A DNA stretch of 60,472 nucleotides from Nanohaloarchaea archaeon B1-Br10_U2g21 (GTDB lineage Archaea > Nanohalarchaeota > Nanosalinia > Nanosalinales > Nanosalinaceae), in assembly GCA_001563915.1 (NCBI GenBank), contig LKMP01000004.1, forward strand, positions 1-60,472, read 5' to 3'. Positions 9,752 to 18,478 of this stretch are shown here, in pieces (the stretch's first letter is position 1; each line of letters opens with the position of its first letter). The position numbers were made by a program, and so were the translations under genes. The notes beneath the pieces were generated by a model. It was not told the DNA's origin. It searched no databases and saw only the letters and a program-made list of their open reading frames with translations.

Positions 9752-9826
9752 GATATCATGTTTATTTTTTAGAATCTTAAATACTGGGTGAAAGAGAGTT
9801 AAAGCTGTAGTTTCTCCTCTTAAGGT

Positions 9827-10846
9827 ATGGGCGTAAATCTCACTGAGCTAATAGAACAAGAAGAAATAGAGTTCCAGGACTTGAATGATAAGGTAATAGC
9901 TATAGATGCGATGAACGCATTATACCAATTTCTCTCAATTATAAGGCAGAGAGACGGTACTCCGTTAAAAGACAGTTCAGGAAACGTGACCTCTCACTTG
10001 TCAGGCCTTTTTTACCGTAATATAAACTTGTTAGAAGATAATATAAGACCTGTATATGTTTTTGACGGCGCAATGCCGGATATGAAAGAGAAAGAAACTT
10101 CTCAGAGAAGGAAGAAGAGGGAAGAAGCCTTGAAGGAGTGGAAAAAACTGAAGGAAGATGGAAAAGTTTCAGAAGCATACAGTAAAGCAACTCAGTCAAG
10201 CAGACTTACTTCTGAAATGGTGAGACAGTCGAAGGATTTGCTTGAAGCTATGGGCATACCTTACATAGAGGCGCCAAGCGAAGGAGAAGCACAGGCAGCA
10301 CATATGGTTTCGCAAGGCAGCGTATATGCAGTCGGAAGTCAGGACTGGGACTGTATGCTGTTTGGAGCCGATGTAATGGTAAGAAATCTGACTTCTAGAA
10401 AAACGAGAAAGACATCTTCTGGAAAAAGAAAGAAAGTATCAACGGAAAGAATCAAACTAGAAAAAGTGCTTGAACAACTTGACGTATCCAGAGAGCAGCT
10501 TATTTGGCTTGGAATGCTTGTAGGAACAGATTTTAACAATGGTGTTCATGGAATAGGGCCAAAAAAAGGCTTGAAACTTGTGAAAAAATATGATAATCTA
10601 GAGGACTTGTTAAAAGATGAGAAAGTAGAATGGAGTTCCGATAATAGTCCTGAAAAAATATTTGACTTCTTTAGGAACCCTCCAGTAGAAAATATAGAAT
10701 TCGAGTTCTCTGACCCCCAGCCCGATGAAATCAGAGAAATTTTAATAGACAGACATGATTTCTCAGAAGATAGAGTGGCTGGAAAAATAAATGATTTAGA
10801 AAAAGCCTTAGAGGCTCGCCAATCAGGCCTAGGATCTTTTATCTAG
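9827..10846 (+). CDS. fen: Flap endonuclease 1
   Basis: MGV start, YQFLSIIRQ, EAPSEGEAQAA, GTDFN and C-terminal PIP box QSGLGSF. Confidence 0.97.
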   Translation: MGVNLTELIEQEEIEFQDLNDKVIAIDAMNALYQFLSIIRQRDGTPLKDSSGNVTSHLSGLFYRNINLLEDNIRPVYVFDGAMPDMKEKETSQRRKKREEALKEWKKLKEDGKVSEAYSKATQSSRLTSEMVRQSKDLLEAMGIPYIEAPSEGEAQAAHMVSQGSVYAVGSQDWDCMLFGADVMVRNLTSRKTRKTSSGKRKKVSTERIKLEKVLEQLDVSREQLIWLGMLVGTDFNNGVHGIGPKKGLKLVKKYDNLEDLLKDEKVEWSSDNSPEKIFDFFRNPPVENIEFEFSDPQPDEIREILIDRHDFSEDRVAGKINDLEKALEARQSGLGSFI

Positions 10847-12188
10847 CTTTTAATTCTTCAAGCACTAGCTCCATCATTTCTCCGAGTTCAACGTATCCCT
10901 CTCGAATCTCTTCTATCTGCTCTTCCTGATGCTCAATTTCCGAAATTAAGGCTTTGAAATCTTCTTCATTGATTGAATCTTCCAGTCTATTGACGCGCAT
11001 CCTCAAATTTTTCAAACCTTTACCTTCAACACGATTGAGTCTTTTCTCTACTCGGTCGAGGCGTTCAGTATCTTTCTCAGTTTCAAGATCGTCAAGTCGC
11101 GCTTGTGTTTCTTCAAATTCTTTGACTTTATCAGATGCTTCTTTTAATTTACTGTATTCGTCTGTAGAAAGCAGCTTTAAATTTGCAAGATCATCAAAAT
11201 CATTGAAAATCCATTTAAAGTCGGATACAATACCTCTGAGATTATTTACTTGTTCTTTAAGATCTTTATAGTTTTCAACTGTTTCTGAAGACTCTAAATC
11301 TTCAACTTTCTTTTCTAGGTTCTCTACATTGATTAGAAGATCTTCAAAACCCCTTTCTTCTACCATTGACAGTCTCTCTTTGAGGTCTTCGACACTTTCT
11401 CGTAAGTCCTTTAGTTCTTCCAAATTTTCAGATTCATCTTGATTTTCAATTGAGTCGATCCTTTTTTCAAGCTCTTCAATATTCGAACTATTTTGTTCAA
11501 GATCCTCACTGTAGTCTTTGACATGGTCTGTCTGCTCTTCTTCAAGCTCCTCAATTTTAGACTCTAAACTTTCAAAGTCATCTTGAAAACTTTCGAACTC
11601 AGGTTCTTCAAAATCTTTAAATTGTTCTTCAAGTTTTCCAATCTGTTCTTCTAATTCTTCAATTACTGAGATTTGTTGTTTAAAACCAGTTATTTTTTCT
11701 TCCAAATCCTCGTTATTTGAGCTATCTAGTTCGCCAACTCTTTCTTCAAGTCTGTCTATTTTTTCATTTAAGCTGTCTAAGTTTTCTATACGAGTTTCTA
11801 AAGTCTCCAATCGCCCTTCTAAATCGTCTGTGTTTTCTGATTCAAGATTATTGACTTCTTTTTTCAAGTTATTAACTAAATCGGTTTTCTCTGCTATCCT
11901 GTCTTTCAACATTTCAATGGGTTTAGAGTAATCTAGATCTTCTATTTCTGATTCTAGCTCAGAAATACGCCTCTCAAATTTTTCTAGTGATTCATCAGGG
12001 GACTGGTCAGACGTTTTTACTACTTCTTCTTTCTCTTCTTGTTTTTCTTCGACAGAAGTATCTTCTACTTCTTCTTTTTCTTCAACTATTGTCTGATTAT
12101 CGCTCTGTTCTTCTTTCTCTTTATCTTTCTTATCGCTTCCCAGTTTAGTTTGGTCGTCCTTTCCACCGAAAATAACATTTTCTGACAT
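10839..12188 (-). CDS. Long acidic coiled-coil protein
   Basis: Continuous heptads (LEERVGEL, LESKIEEL); no catalytic motifs; ATG at 12188 preferred. Confidence 0.8.
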   Translation of the reverse strand: MSENVIFGGKDDQTKLGSDKKDKEKEEQSDNQTIVEEKEEVEDTSVEEKQEEKEEVVKTSDQSPDESLEKFERRISELESEIEDLDYSKPIEMLKDRIAEKTDLVNNLKKEVNNLESENTDDLEGRLETLETRIENLDSLNEKIDRLEERVGELDSSNNEDLEEKITGFKQQISVIEELEEQIGKLEEQFKDFEEPEFESFQDDFESLESKIEELEEEQTDHVKDYSEDLEQNSSNIEELEKRIDSIENQDESENLEELKDLRESVEDLKERLSMVEERGFEDLLINVENLEKKVEDLESSETVENYKDLKEQVNNLRGIVSDFKWIFNDFDDLANLKLLSTDEYSKLKEASDKVKEFEETQARLDDLETEKDTERLDRVEKRLNRVEGKGLKNLRMRVNRLEDSINEEDFKALISEIEHQEEQIEEIREGYVELGEMMELVLEELKAR

Positions 12189-12302
12189 TTTAACCCACTT
12201 CTTGACAAAGAAAAGAATCTCAAACGTTAAAAGCATTTTTCACTAGTCGACAACAACTACTAACAAAAACCAATAAATTCAGCGCTAACGTACAGTAGGA
12301 GT

Positions 12303-13733
12303 ATGAAGAAACTGCTCGTAGTTATAGATGGATTAGGACTTAGAGAAGAAGCGGAAGGAAATGCGTTCAAACAGGCAGATACGCCAAATTTAGATATATT
12401 AATGGAGGAATATGGCTATCAAGAATTGGAAGCATCAGGTCATGCTGTAGGACTGCCTGAAGGCTATACGGGCAATAGTGAAGTAGGGCATTTGCATCTA
12501 GGAGCGGGGCGAAGAATTCCTCAGCGACTCACAAGAATAAATAATGCGATAGAAAATGAAGAGCTAGGCGAGAAAAAGGCATTGAAACAGGCATTTGAAA
12601 GAGCAGAAGAAAATGACTCAACAGTACATATGGCAGGAATTATTAGCGATGGAGGAATTCATGGGCATATAGATCACTTGAAGGCATTACTGAAAATTTC
12701 TAGAGATTATGATGTGGGGGTTGAGATTCATGCTTTTACAGATGGAAGAGATGTTAATCCGAAGTCTGCTAAAAAATATATTCATGATATAGAAAAATGC
12801 GTTGAAGAAGCTAAAGGAAAGATTGCCACAATAATAGGCAGGTTCTACTCAATGGATCGTGATAGTAACTGGGACCGTACGCGTCAAGCGTATAACACTA
12901 TGGCGCAGAGCGAAGGATTTGTGTTTGAAGATCCGAGAGAAGCAGTTGACAAAGCCTACAGTGATGGCGAATACGATTACTTTATCCAGCCTTCATCCAG
13001 GAGTGATTATGATGGAATAAGTTTTGATGATGAATTAATATTTTACAATTACCGTGCTGATAGAGAGCGACAAATAGCAGAGGCATTTCTCAAGCCCGAC
13101 TTCGATCAATTTGAAAATGATGTCAGACCTTCTTTCACCTCAATGTTTCCATACAGACGTGATTTTGATAATCCTGTAATATTTGAAAAAATGGTTGTGG
13201 AAGACACACTTGGCGAGGCTATTGAAGATGCAGGTCTATCCCAATTAAGAGTGGCAGAATCTCAGAAGAAACCTCACGTAACATACTTCTTTAACGGTCA
13301 GCGTGAACTAGAATTTGAAAATGAAGAACGCAAATTTATTGAGAGTGATAAAATCAAGGCCTTTGATGAACGGCCTGAGATGCACGCTGAAGAAATCACA
13401 GATATAGTTTTAGAAGCAGTTGAAAAAGGAGAAAAAGACTTCATTTTGATGAACTATGCTAATTGTGATTTAGTAGGTCATACAGGAGATTTAAAAGCAA
13501 CAATTACTGCTATCGAAACAGTAGATGAAAACATAGGGCGATTAGTAGATACAGTTGAGGCCTCAAAATATTCGATGATTGTTACTGCAGATCACGGTAA
13601 CTGCGAAGACATGGGTTCTGAGAATCGCCCTAATACTTCTCACACGTTAAACAAAGTTCCTCTGATTTGTTCTCAGAAAAATGAAGACAAGATAAGAGAA
13701 ATTGGTCAGCTAAAATCGCTTTTCAGCCTATAA
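12303..13733 (+). CDS. gpmI: 2,3-bisphosphoglycerate-independent phosphoglycerate mutase
   Basis: GNSEVGH, DGRD, DLVGHTG, TADHGN and HT motifs. Confidence 0.96.
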   Translation: MKKLLVVIDGLGLREEAEGNAFKQADTPNLDILMEEYGYQELEASGHAVGLPEGYTGNSEVGHLHLGAGRRIPQRLTRINNAIENEELGEKKALKQAFERAEENDSTVHMAGIISDGGIHGHIDHLKALLKISRDYDVGVEIHAFTDGRDVNPKSAKKYIHDIEKCVEEAKGKIATIIGRFYSMDRDSNWDRTRQAYNTMAQSEGFVFEDPREAVDKAYSDGEYDYFIQPSSRSDYDGISFDDELIFYNYRADRERQIAEAFLKPDFDQFENDVRPSFTSMFPYRRDFDNPVIFEKMVVEDTLGEAIEDAGLSQLRVAESQKKPHVTYFFNGQRELEFENEERKFIESDKIKAFDERPEMHAEEITDIVLEAVEKGEKDFILMNYANCDLVGHTGDLKATITAIETVDENIGRLVDTVEASKYSMIVTADHGNCEDMGSENRPNTSHTLNKVPLICSQKNEDKIREIGQLKSLFSL

Positions 13734-13747
13734 TGGTATTTTTTGAG

Positions 13748-14086
13748 TCAGTGTCGAGGTTCTAGGTTTCCGTCACAACAAGACTGGGTCCCTCCTCCGG
13801 AAGGACAGTCGGCCCCACTTACAATATTTCCATCACATTCTGCTTCTGCTTGATGATAGCATTGATGCCCTAGGTCCTGGCATGATGCGTCTGAAGTATC
13901 GCAGCCTTGCTCATCGGCTTCTTGATAATTGCCTTGTGTTAGGAGAAGCTCGCATTCTGAGTCATCTGTCTGGTTTCCGATGAAGTTTCCGAAGTTACTG
14001 CTTTCTCCTGCGACTAGGAACATTGCTATTGCTGCTGCGAAAACTACTACTACAGCTACTAACACAATCTCAATTGTTTTATCCAT
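13748..14086 (-). CDS. Pilin-like protein, Cys-rich C-terminus, no class III leader
   Basis: N-terminal hydrophobic helix and 8 Cys; directly downstream of a class III pilin. Confidence 0.7.
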   Translation of the reverse strand: MDKTIEIVLVAVVVVFAAAIAMFLVAGESSNFGNFIGNQTDDSECELLLTQGNYQEADEQGCDTSDASCQDLGHQCYHQAEAECDGNIVSGADCPSGGGTQSCCDGNLEPRH

Positions 14087-14104
14087 TTCAAGCTAGTTAT
14101 CTGT

Positions 14105-14419
14105 TTAACATGTTATAGTTTGTTCTTCAGGATTTATTGAAAATCCAGCTTCATTTACGCCGTCTATAGTGTGTCTTTCATTATCTGCGTCTTCAGTTAT
14201 GCAGCTTGAAGGTGCATCTTGGACGGATCCATCTGGTTCGCTCTGGCATATAGACTGTGCTTGGCTTTCGCAGGTCGATGCATCTGCTTGTCCGCCAAAG
14301 TCTACTAGGCCTTCTAGTCCTCCTTGCAGCATGAATACGAGAGATAGTGCTGCTATCATTAGTACTGATGCGGCCACAATGAGCCATAGAATTTGAGATA
14401 GGCCTTTCTTTTGAGTCAT
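14105..14419 (-). CDS. Type IV pilin (class III signal peptide); major pilin candidate
   Basis: MTQKKG|LSQILWL plus hydrophobic helix; 4 Cys; TATA-like element upstream. Confidence 0.8.
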   Translation of the reverse strand: MTQKKGLSQILWLIVAASVLMIAALSLVFMLQGGLEGLVDFGGQADASTCESQAQSICQSEPDGSVQDAPSSCITEDADNERHTIDGVNEAGFSINPEEQTITC

Positions 14420-14507
14420 ATGGTAATTAATTAGGTGGTGCGGTATAAAAAGTCTTTCAAAAAGAAAGATAGGGGAAAATTGTAGTGAACTCGTCCTTGA
14501 GCTTTTC

Positions 14508-14792
14508 TCAAGGTTTGTTGAGGTCGATCTGGATGCTGGATACGTTTAGTTCGTCTCCTTCATCTGTCTCGATTTCATCTGTGCCAATAGTGATATCGTT
14601 TACTTCTGCTTCCTCTACAAACCGATCTCTAACGATTTCTGCAACGTCCACTGCTCTAGAAATTGCTTTTCCTCTAGCTTTTACATGAACTGTTTCGTTT
14701 CCTTCGCTGAACTGCGTGACTACTGCTAGTACATAGCTCATTGCAGGTTTTGATCCTACGTATACTGTATTATCGTCTTCTTGTTCTGACAC
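14508..14792 (-). CDS. albA: DNA/RNA-binding protein Alba
   Basis: [14 protein letters not shown] and [15 protein letters not shown]. Confidence 0.96.
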   Translation of the reverse strand: MSEQEDDNTVYVGSKPAMSYVLAVVTQFSEGNETVHVKARGKAISRAVDVAEIVRDRFVEEAEVNDITIGTDEIETDEGDELNVSSIQIDLNKP

Positions 14793-14870
14793 TGTTCATC
14801 ACCTGAGAAACGGTTTAGGCCTCATCTATAAAATACTTTTTTCGGTGCCTCAACACATATGCGGCAAGAG

Positions 14871-15977
14871 TCAATTCCAGTCGAAAGTGTAGTCATCTAT
14901 GTTTAATTCTATACCTCGATACTCTCCGTCAATAAACGGCTCATTATAGTCATCTGTAACATCTAATTCGATTGAGGAGTCTGTAGGAGTTATAGTACCA
15001 TTTGCAGTTTTAGTGTAGTCTCTTTGATCATCCTCGCATTCATCTCCGCAACTACAGTCGTCAACACTTTCTCCATCTTCGTCATCCTTGCAGCTAAGGC
15101 ATTCACAGCTGCATTCACTTTCTCGATAATTTGAAAAATCCTCGTTGGCATTATCAGACTGAGATGTACTTACACTAATGTTGGAGGCTGTATCAATTTC
15201 AGAACTGATGCTTGATGCAGAAGGCGTATCGGACTCATAACTGTTATAGGCGTTTCTTCTTGCCTGCGAAAGCGCCGAAGCTTCAGAACCGCATGAACTG
15301 GCCTCTCCATCGTACTCCTCCTCTAACTCAGTATCTTCAAATTCATCTTCAATTGAGGTATAGAAGCTAGAAGCGTATTTAATTAATTCTCCGTACCGAT
15401 TATCAGATGCGGTGTCATTATGACGGTAGTTTGTTTCTTTGAAAACAATACTTTCAGAATCACTACAAATAAACTCAATAGCGGTGTCATCTGTATGCGC
15501 ATACTCTGAAAGCACCCAGAAATTGGCGTCTTCTAGATTGGTGTCGAAAGTTTCGCTTGTAAGTTTCTCAGGATATATTTGTACATCTAGAGTAGGGTTT
15601 ATACTACAACTAGAACTATCTGATATCATATCATTTAGTCTGTCGCCCGCATCATCTTCCCAAGCTTCTTCCATCTCAGTGTAAAGAGTTTTATTATCGC
15701 CAGGAATATTATCCCATGATACTCCTGCATTATCTTTTCCTAACTCATAAGCTGCATTGTTAACAGTATACACTCCAGAGAAAGGTACGTGATGGTATAA
15801 AGTATGCTCTGCTTTTGAACGAGTTTCTGCAATATTTGTTATGTCTCCTGAGGCCTCTAGCGCCAAATCCTCTATGGCATCCGCTATAGGAATGCCTTGA
15901 ACTGCTAGAGCAGCGGATAGTATAAGTAAAGCTAACATAGGTAATACGCCTTCTAAAGATCCTTTTTCTGTATTCAT
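14871..15977 (-). CDS. Large pilin-like protein with Cys-rich insert
   Basis: EKG|SLEG class III-like leader plus TM; ECSCECLSC...DCSCGDEC cluster. Confidence 0.7.
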   Translation of the reverse strand: MNTEKGSLEGVLPMLALLILSAALAVQGIPIADAIEDLALEASGDITNIAETRSKAEHTLYHHVPFSGVYTVNNAAYELGKDNAGVSWDNIPGDNKTLYTEMEEAWEDDAGDRLNDMISDSSSCSINPTLDVQIYPEKLTSETFDTNLEDANFWVLSEYAHTDDTAIEFICSDSESIVFKETNYRHNDTASDNRYGELIKYASSFYTSIEDEFEDTELEEEYDGEASSCGSEASALSQARRNAYNSYESDTPSASSISSEIDTASNISVSTSQSDNANEDFSNYRESECSCECLSCKDDEDGESVDDCSCGDECEDDQRDYTKTANGTITPTDSSIELDVTDDYNEPFIDGEYRGIELNIDDYTFDWN

Positions 15978-16582
15978 CTTGCTATTGTCGCCTCCAGTCG
16001 TGCATTTTCCTCGTTTGATAATGGAATAGTTCTCACAATAGTTATAGTCGCACTAGTTCCGTCTTGCGTCACATTTATCAGATCGCCATCATGTTCTATA
16101 CGCACATCGTAAGGGCTAGAATCTTCGCTTCCACCTATATGGCTTACTCCTCCTGTTCCTGTTGCGCCCCCAGTACGTCTTCTAGAGGGTGCACGAACCT
16201 CCTCATCACTATCCCAGTATATTTCTGCTTTATACTCTAAATAGGACTGTAAATCTCTGCTGACATTATTTCGAGAATATTTTTCTCCATCTATTACAGG
16301 ATCATCATCGGTAGAGTAGTACAAAGATAAGAGTTCGTAAAAGGTTCTTTCATTGTAATCAGATTCCACTTCGGAAGAATTCTGAATAGGCATATGAAGA
16401 ACAGAATCTATTGAAGAAATGGCTGTAGCGCCTTTAATGCTCATATCAGCCTCTAATTCCATTTCCTCAGTTCTTTCGTCTCCACCTATACTTAAGACTA
16501 CAAAGATAATAAGTGCTAAAAATATTGATACTGCAAAAATCATTATCTCTATTATTATGCCTTGTCCCTTAGTTAATTTCAT
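15974..16582 (-). CDS. Minor pilin-like protein
   Basis: MKLTKG|QGIIIE class III signal; overlaps neighbours. Confidence 0.78.
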   Translation of the reverse strand: MKLTKGQGIIIEIMIFAVSIFLALIIFVVLSIGGDERTEEMELEADMSIKGATAISSIDSVLHMPIQNSSEVESDYNERTFYELLSLYYSTDDDPVIDGEKYSRNNVSRDLQSYLEYKAEIYWDSDEEVRAPSRRRTGGATGTGGVSHIGGSEDSSPYDVRIEHDGDLINVTQDGTSATITIVRTIPLSNEENARLEATIAR

Positions 16583-17075
16583 AGATATGCACCTTTAATG
16601 CGTGTTTCCGGCCATCTTCATCAACTGCAATTACGGGAGATTCTCGATATTCGAGTCTAGAGCTCGTACAGGAAATTTCATCAGGCATACGTTCATCAGG
16701 GTCTGCCTGAGAGACGAAAAAGCCGAAATCTTGTCCATCAAGTCCCGAAACTCTTGGAATGTAACAGTTAGCTCCATCCGTTTCATAGGACAAATCTCCA
16801 TCTTCTGTGAAAAATTCTAGAGGGATAAAGCTCCGGGTTTCTAGTAGTTCAGGGTTTTCAAAGTTCTCTGTATACGCATCTAATTCATTATTATCTAGAG
16901 AGGGATTTAATGTATGTTCCAATACTACTGCTTTGTCGTATTGGCTTTGAGGACCAGTTTCAATATTTGTAGATAAGTTTGTTAGAGCTCCGACGTTTAT
17001 TTGAAGAACTAAAGCTATGCCTACTCCAAGCATAATAAGATAAGGTATTTTAGTAGTTAAGTTGTATAAGTCCAT
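16569..17075 (-). CDS. Pilin-like membrane-anchored protein
   Basis: Hydrophobic N-terminal helix; in pilin operon; ATG at 17075 directly after the upstream stop. Confidence 0.65.
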   Translation of the reverse strand: MDLYNLTTKIPYLIMLGVGIALVLQINVGALTNLSTNIETGPQSQYDKAVVLEHTLNPSLDNNELDAYTENFENPELLETRSFIPLEFFTEDGDLSYETDGANCYIPRVSGLDGQDFGFFVSQADPDERMPDEISCTSSRLEYRESPVIAVDEDGRKHALKVHIYEIN

Positions 17076-17076
17076 T

Positions 17077-17484
17077 TTAGCAATCACTTGAAAATAAGAG
17101 TTGATCAGAAGAATCCGGTCGTACTGATTTTTCAATACAAAGAATGCCGTCATCCCCAACTTCTTCAAATTCGCCAGGTCCGGAGATCTGAGAATAGGTT
17201 TTTTCCGATAATTCGAAACTTTCTTCTGTGTCTCTGAACTTTAGTACGAGTTCAGACCCTTCTATTTTGAATTCATGATCTTCAACCTCTATTTCAAGCT
17301 GTCCCTCTGGATAAGTTTCAAGGCCTGAGGCGGCGTTTACAATTCTTTCGCCTCTCAAATCTACTGTCTGTTCTTTGATAAATTCTAGTATGAATCCTTG
17401 ACTTCCAACTAATACCATCATCACAATTAGGAATGATAGGGCTGCTTCCAGCATTGAGAAAGGATAAGAACTTTGCCCTTTCAT
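17077..17484 (-). CDS. Minor pilin-like protein
   Basis: MKG|QSSYPF class III leader plus hydrophobic helix. Confidence 0.78.
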   Translation of the reverse strand: MKGQSSYPFSMLEAALSFLIVMMVLVGSQGFILEFIKEQTVDLRGERIVNAASGLETYPEGQLEIEVEDHEFKIEGSELVLKFRDTEESFELSEKTYSQISGPGEFEEVGDDGILCIEKSVRPDSSDQLLFSSDC

Positions 17485-17903
17485 TGTTCTGCCTCTATAG
17501 TTACTTCCGCGTTATCGGTGTCAGCTGAAATTAAGGCCTGCCAATGACCGGAATCTATAATATCGTCATTCTGATTTTCTACATCCAGAACTATGAGATA
17601 GCTGCAGTCAAGATCATGTGATTGCTGCTCGTTGCCTTCATCATCTTTTAATAGCATAGTTGAGTCATCTAGCTCGATTTGTTCGCCTTGAAGTTCTCCT
17701 TCTATAGATTCTCCTACTACGTAGCTGTATTGATCCATGTTTCTACACTGATTTTCAACGACGTTTGTTAGGCTCATAAAGAATTCTTCACCAGGTTCTG
17801 AGGAGGATGTCTCTCCGAATTCATTCATGATTCCCATTATAGGCCCTAGTCCTAGAATTACTGTCATTACGCCAAGAATAATGAAAACTACAGAGTGTTC
17901 CAT
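17481..17903 (-). CDS. Pilin-like membrane-anchored protein
   Basis: MEHSVVFIILG hydrophobic N-terminus; ATGA coupling to the next gene. Confidence 0.68.
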   Translation of the reverse strand: MEHSVVFIILGVMTVILGLGPIMGIMNEFGETSSSEPGEEFFMSLTNVVENQCRNMDQYSYVVGESIEGELQGEQIELDDSTMLLKDDEGNEQQSHDLDCSYLIVLDVENQNDDIIDSGHWQALISADTDNAEVTIEAEQ

Positions 17904-17906
17904 AGT

Positions 17907-18116
17907 TCAATCATCTCCGTTACTGCCAAAGATATTGCAGTCTCCGTCTTCTTCTCCTCCTTGAGCTAATTCTCCAAAACAAGAGGCGATTCCGCCGCCC
18001 TCATCTTCGATTTCGTCTCCTCCTTGGCTTATTACTGTGCTTGTGGCTCCATATATGCCTACTAGTGTCATTAAAATGATTACAAATGCGACTAAGACTG
18101 TTATGCTCATCCTCAT
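17907..18116 (-). CDS. Small pilin-like protein
   Basis: MRMSITVLVAFVIIL helix and a Cys pair; GGTGGT SD-like sequence upstream. Confidence 0.65.
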   Translation of the reverse strand: MRMSITVLVAFVIILMTLVGIYGATSTVISQGGDEIEDEGGGIASCFGELAQGGEEDGDCNIFGSNGDD

Positions 18117-18120
18117 TTTT

Positions 18121-18273
18121 CTATAAACCACCTATTGTTAGATCAATGTTTGATAATCCAAATTCTTCTACTGATGTAATATTCCCGCTCAAAAGTATTC
18201 CTAGCAACATTATTATCATTATAGCTACTACAAAAGTGATTACCATCGATAGACTTAGCTCAAGGCCTTTCAC
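18121..18273 (-). CDS. 50-aa mini-pilin (not in ORF track)
   Basis: Hand translation from GTG: MKG|LELSLSMVITFVVAIMIIMLLGILLSGNITSVEEFGLSNIDLTIGGL*. Confidence 0.78.
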   Translation of the reverse strand: MKGLELSLSMVITFVVAIMIIMLLGILLSGNITSVEEFGLSNIDLTIGGL

Positions 18274-18308
18274 ATCGAGTAGTTGTATATCTTCGTTGAA
18301 ATAGGTTT

Positions 18309-18458
18309 TCAGTCTTCAGGCTGGAACACTAGGCCTTCTAAAAATTCATCCATGACGTGTGTGAACCATGACTCAAAACTGACATAGAGTAGCACTACTA
18401 CCATTATACCTAGGGCTATAACTGAAATAGTTTTTACACTGAATTCTATACCTTTCAT
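18309..18458 (-). CDS. 49-aa mini-pilin
   Basis: MKG|IEFSVKTISVIALG; GAGG upstream of ATG 18458. Confidence 0.78.
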   Translation of the reverse strand: MKGIEFSVKTISVIALGIMVVVLLYVSFESWFTHVMDEFLEGLVFQPED

Positions 18459-18478
18459 TGTTTCCTCGTTTTTTAGTA

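Noticed and set aside
10839-12188. SMC/Rad50
   Set aside because: No Walker motifs, hinge or zinc hook.
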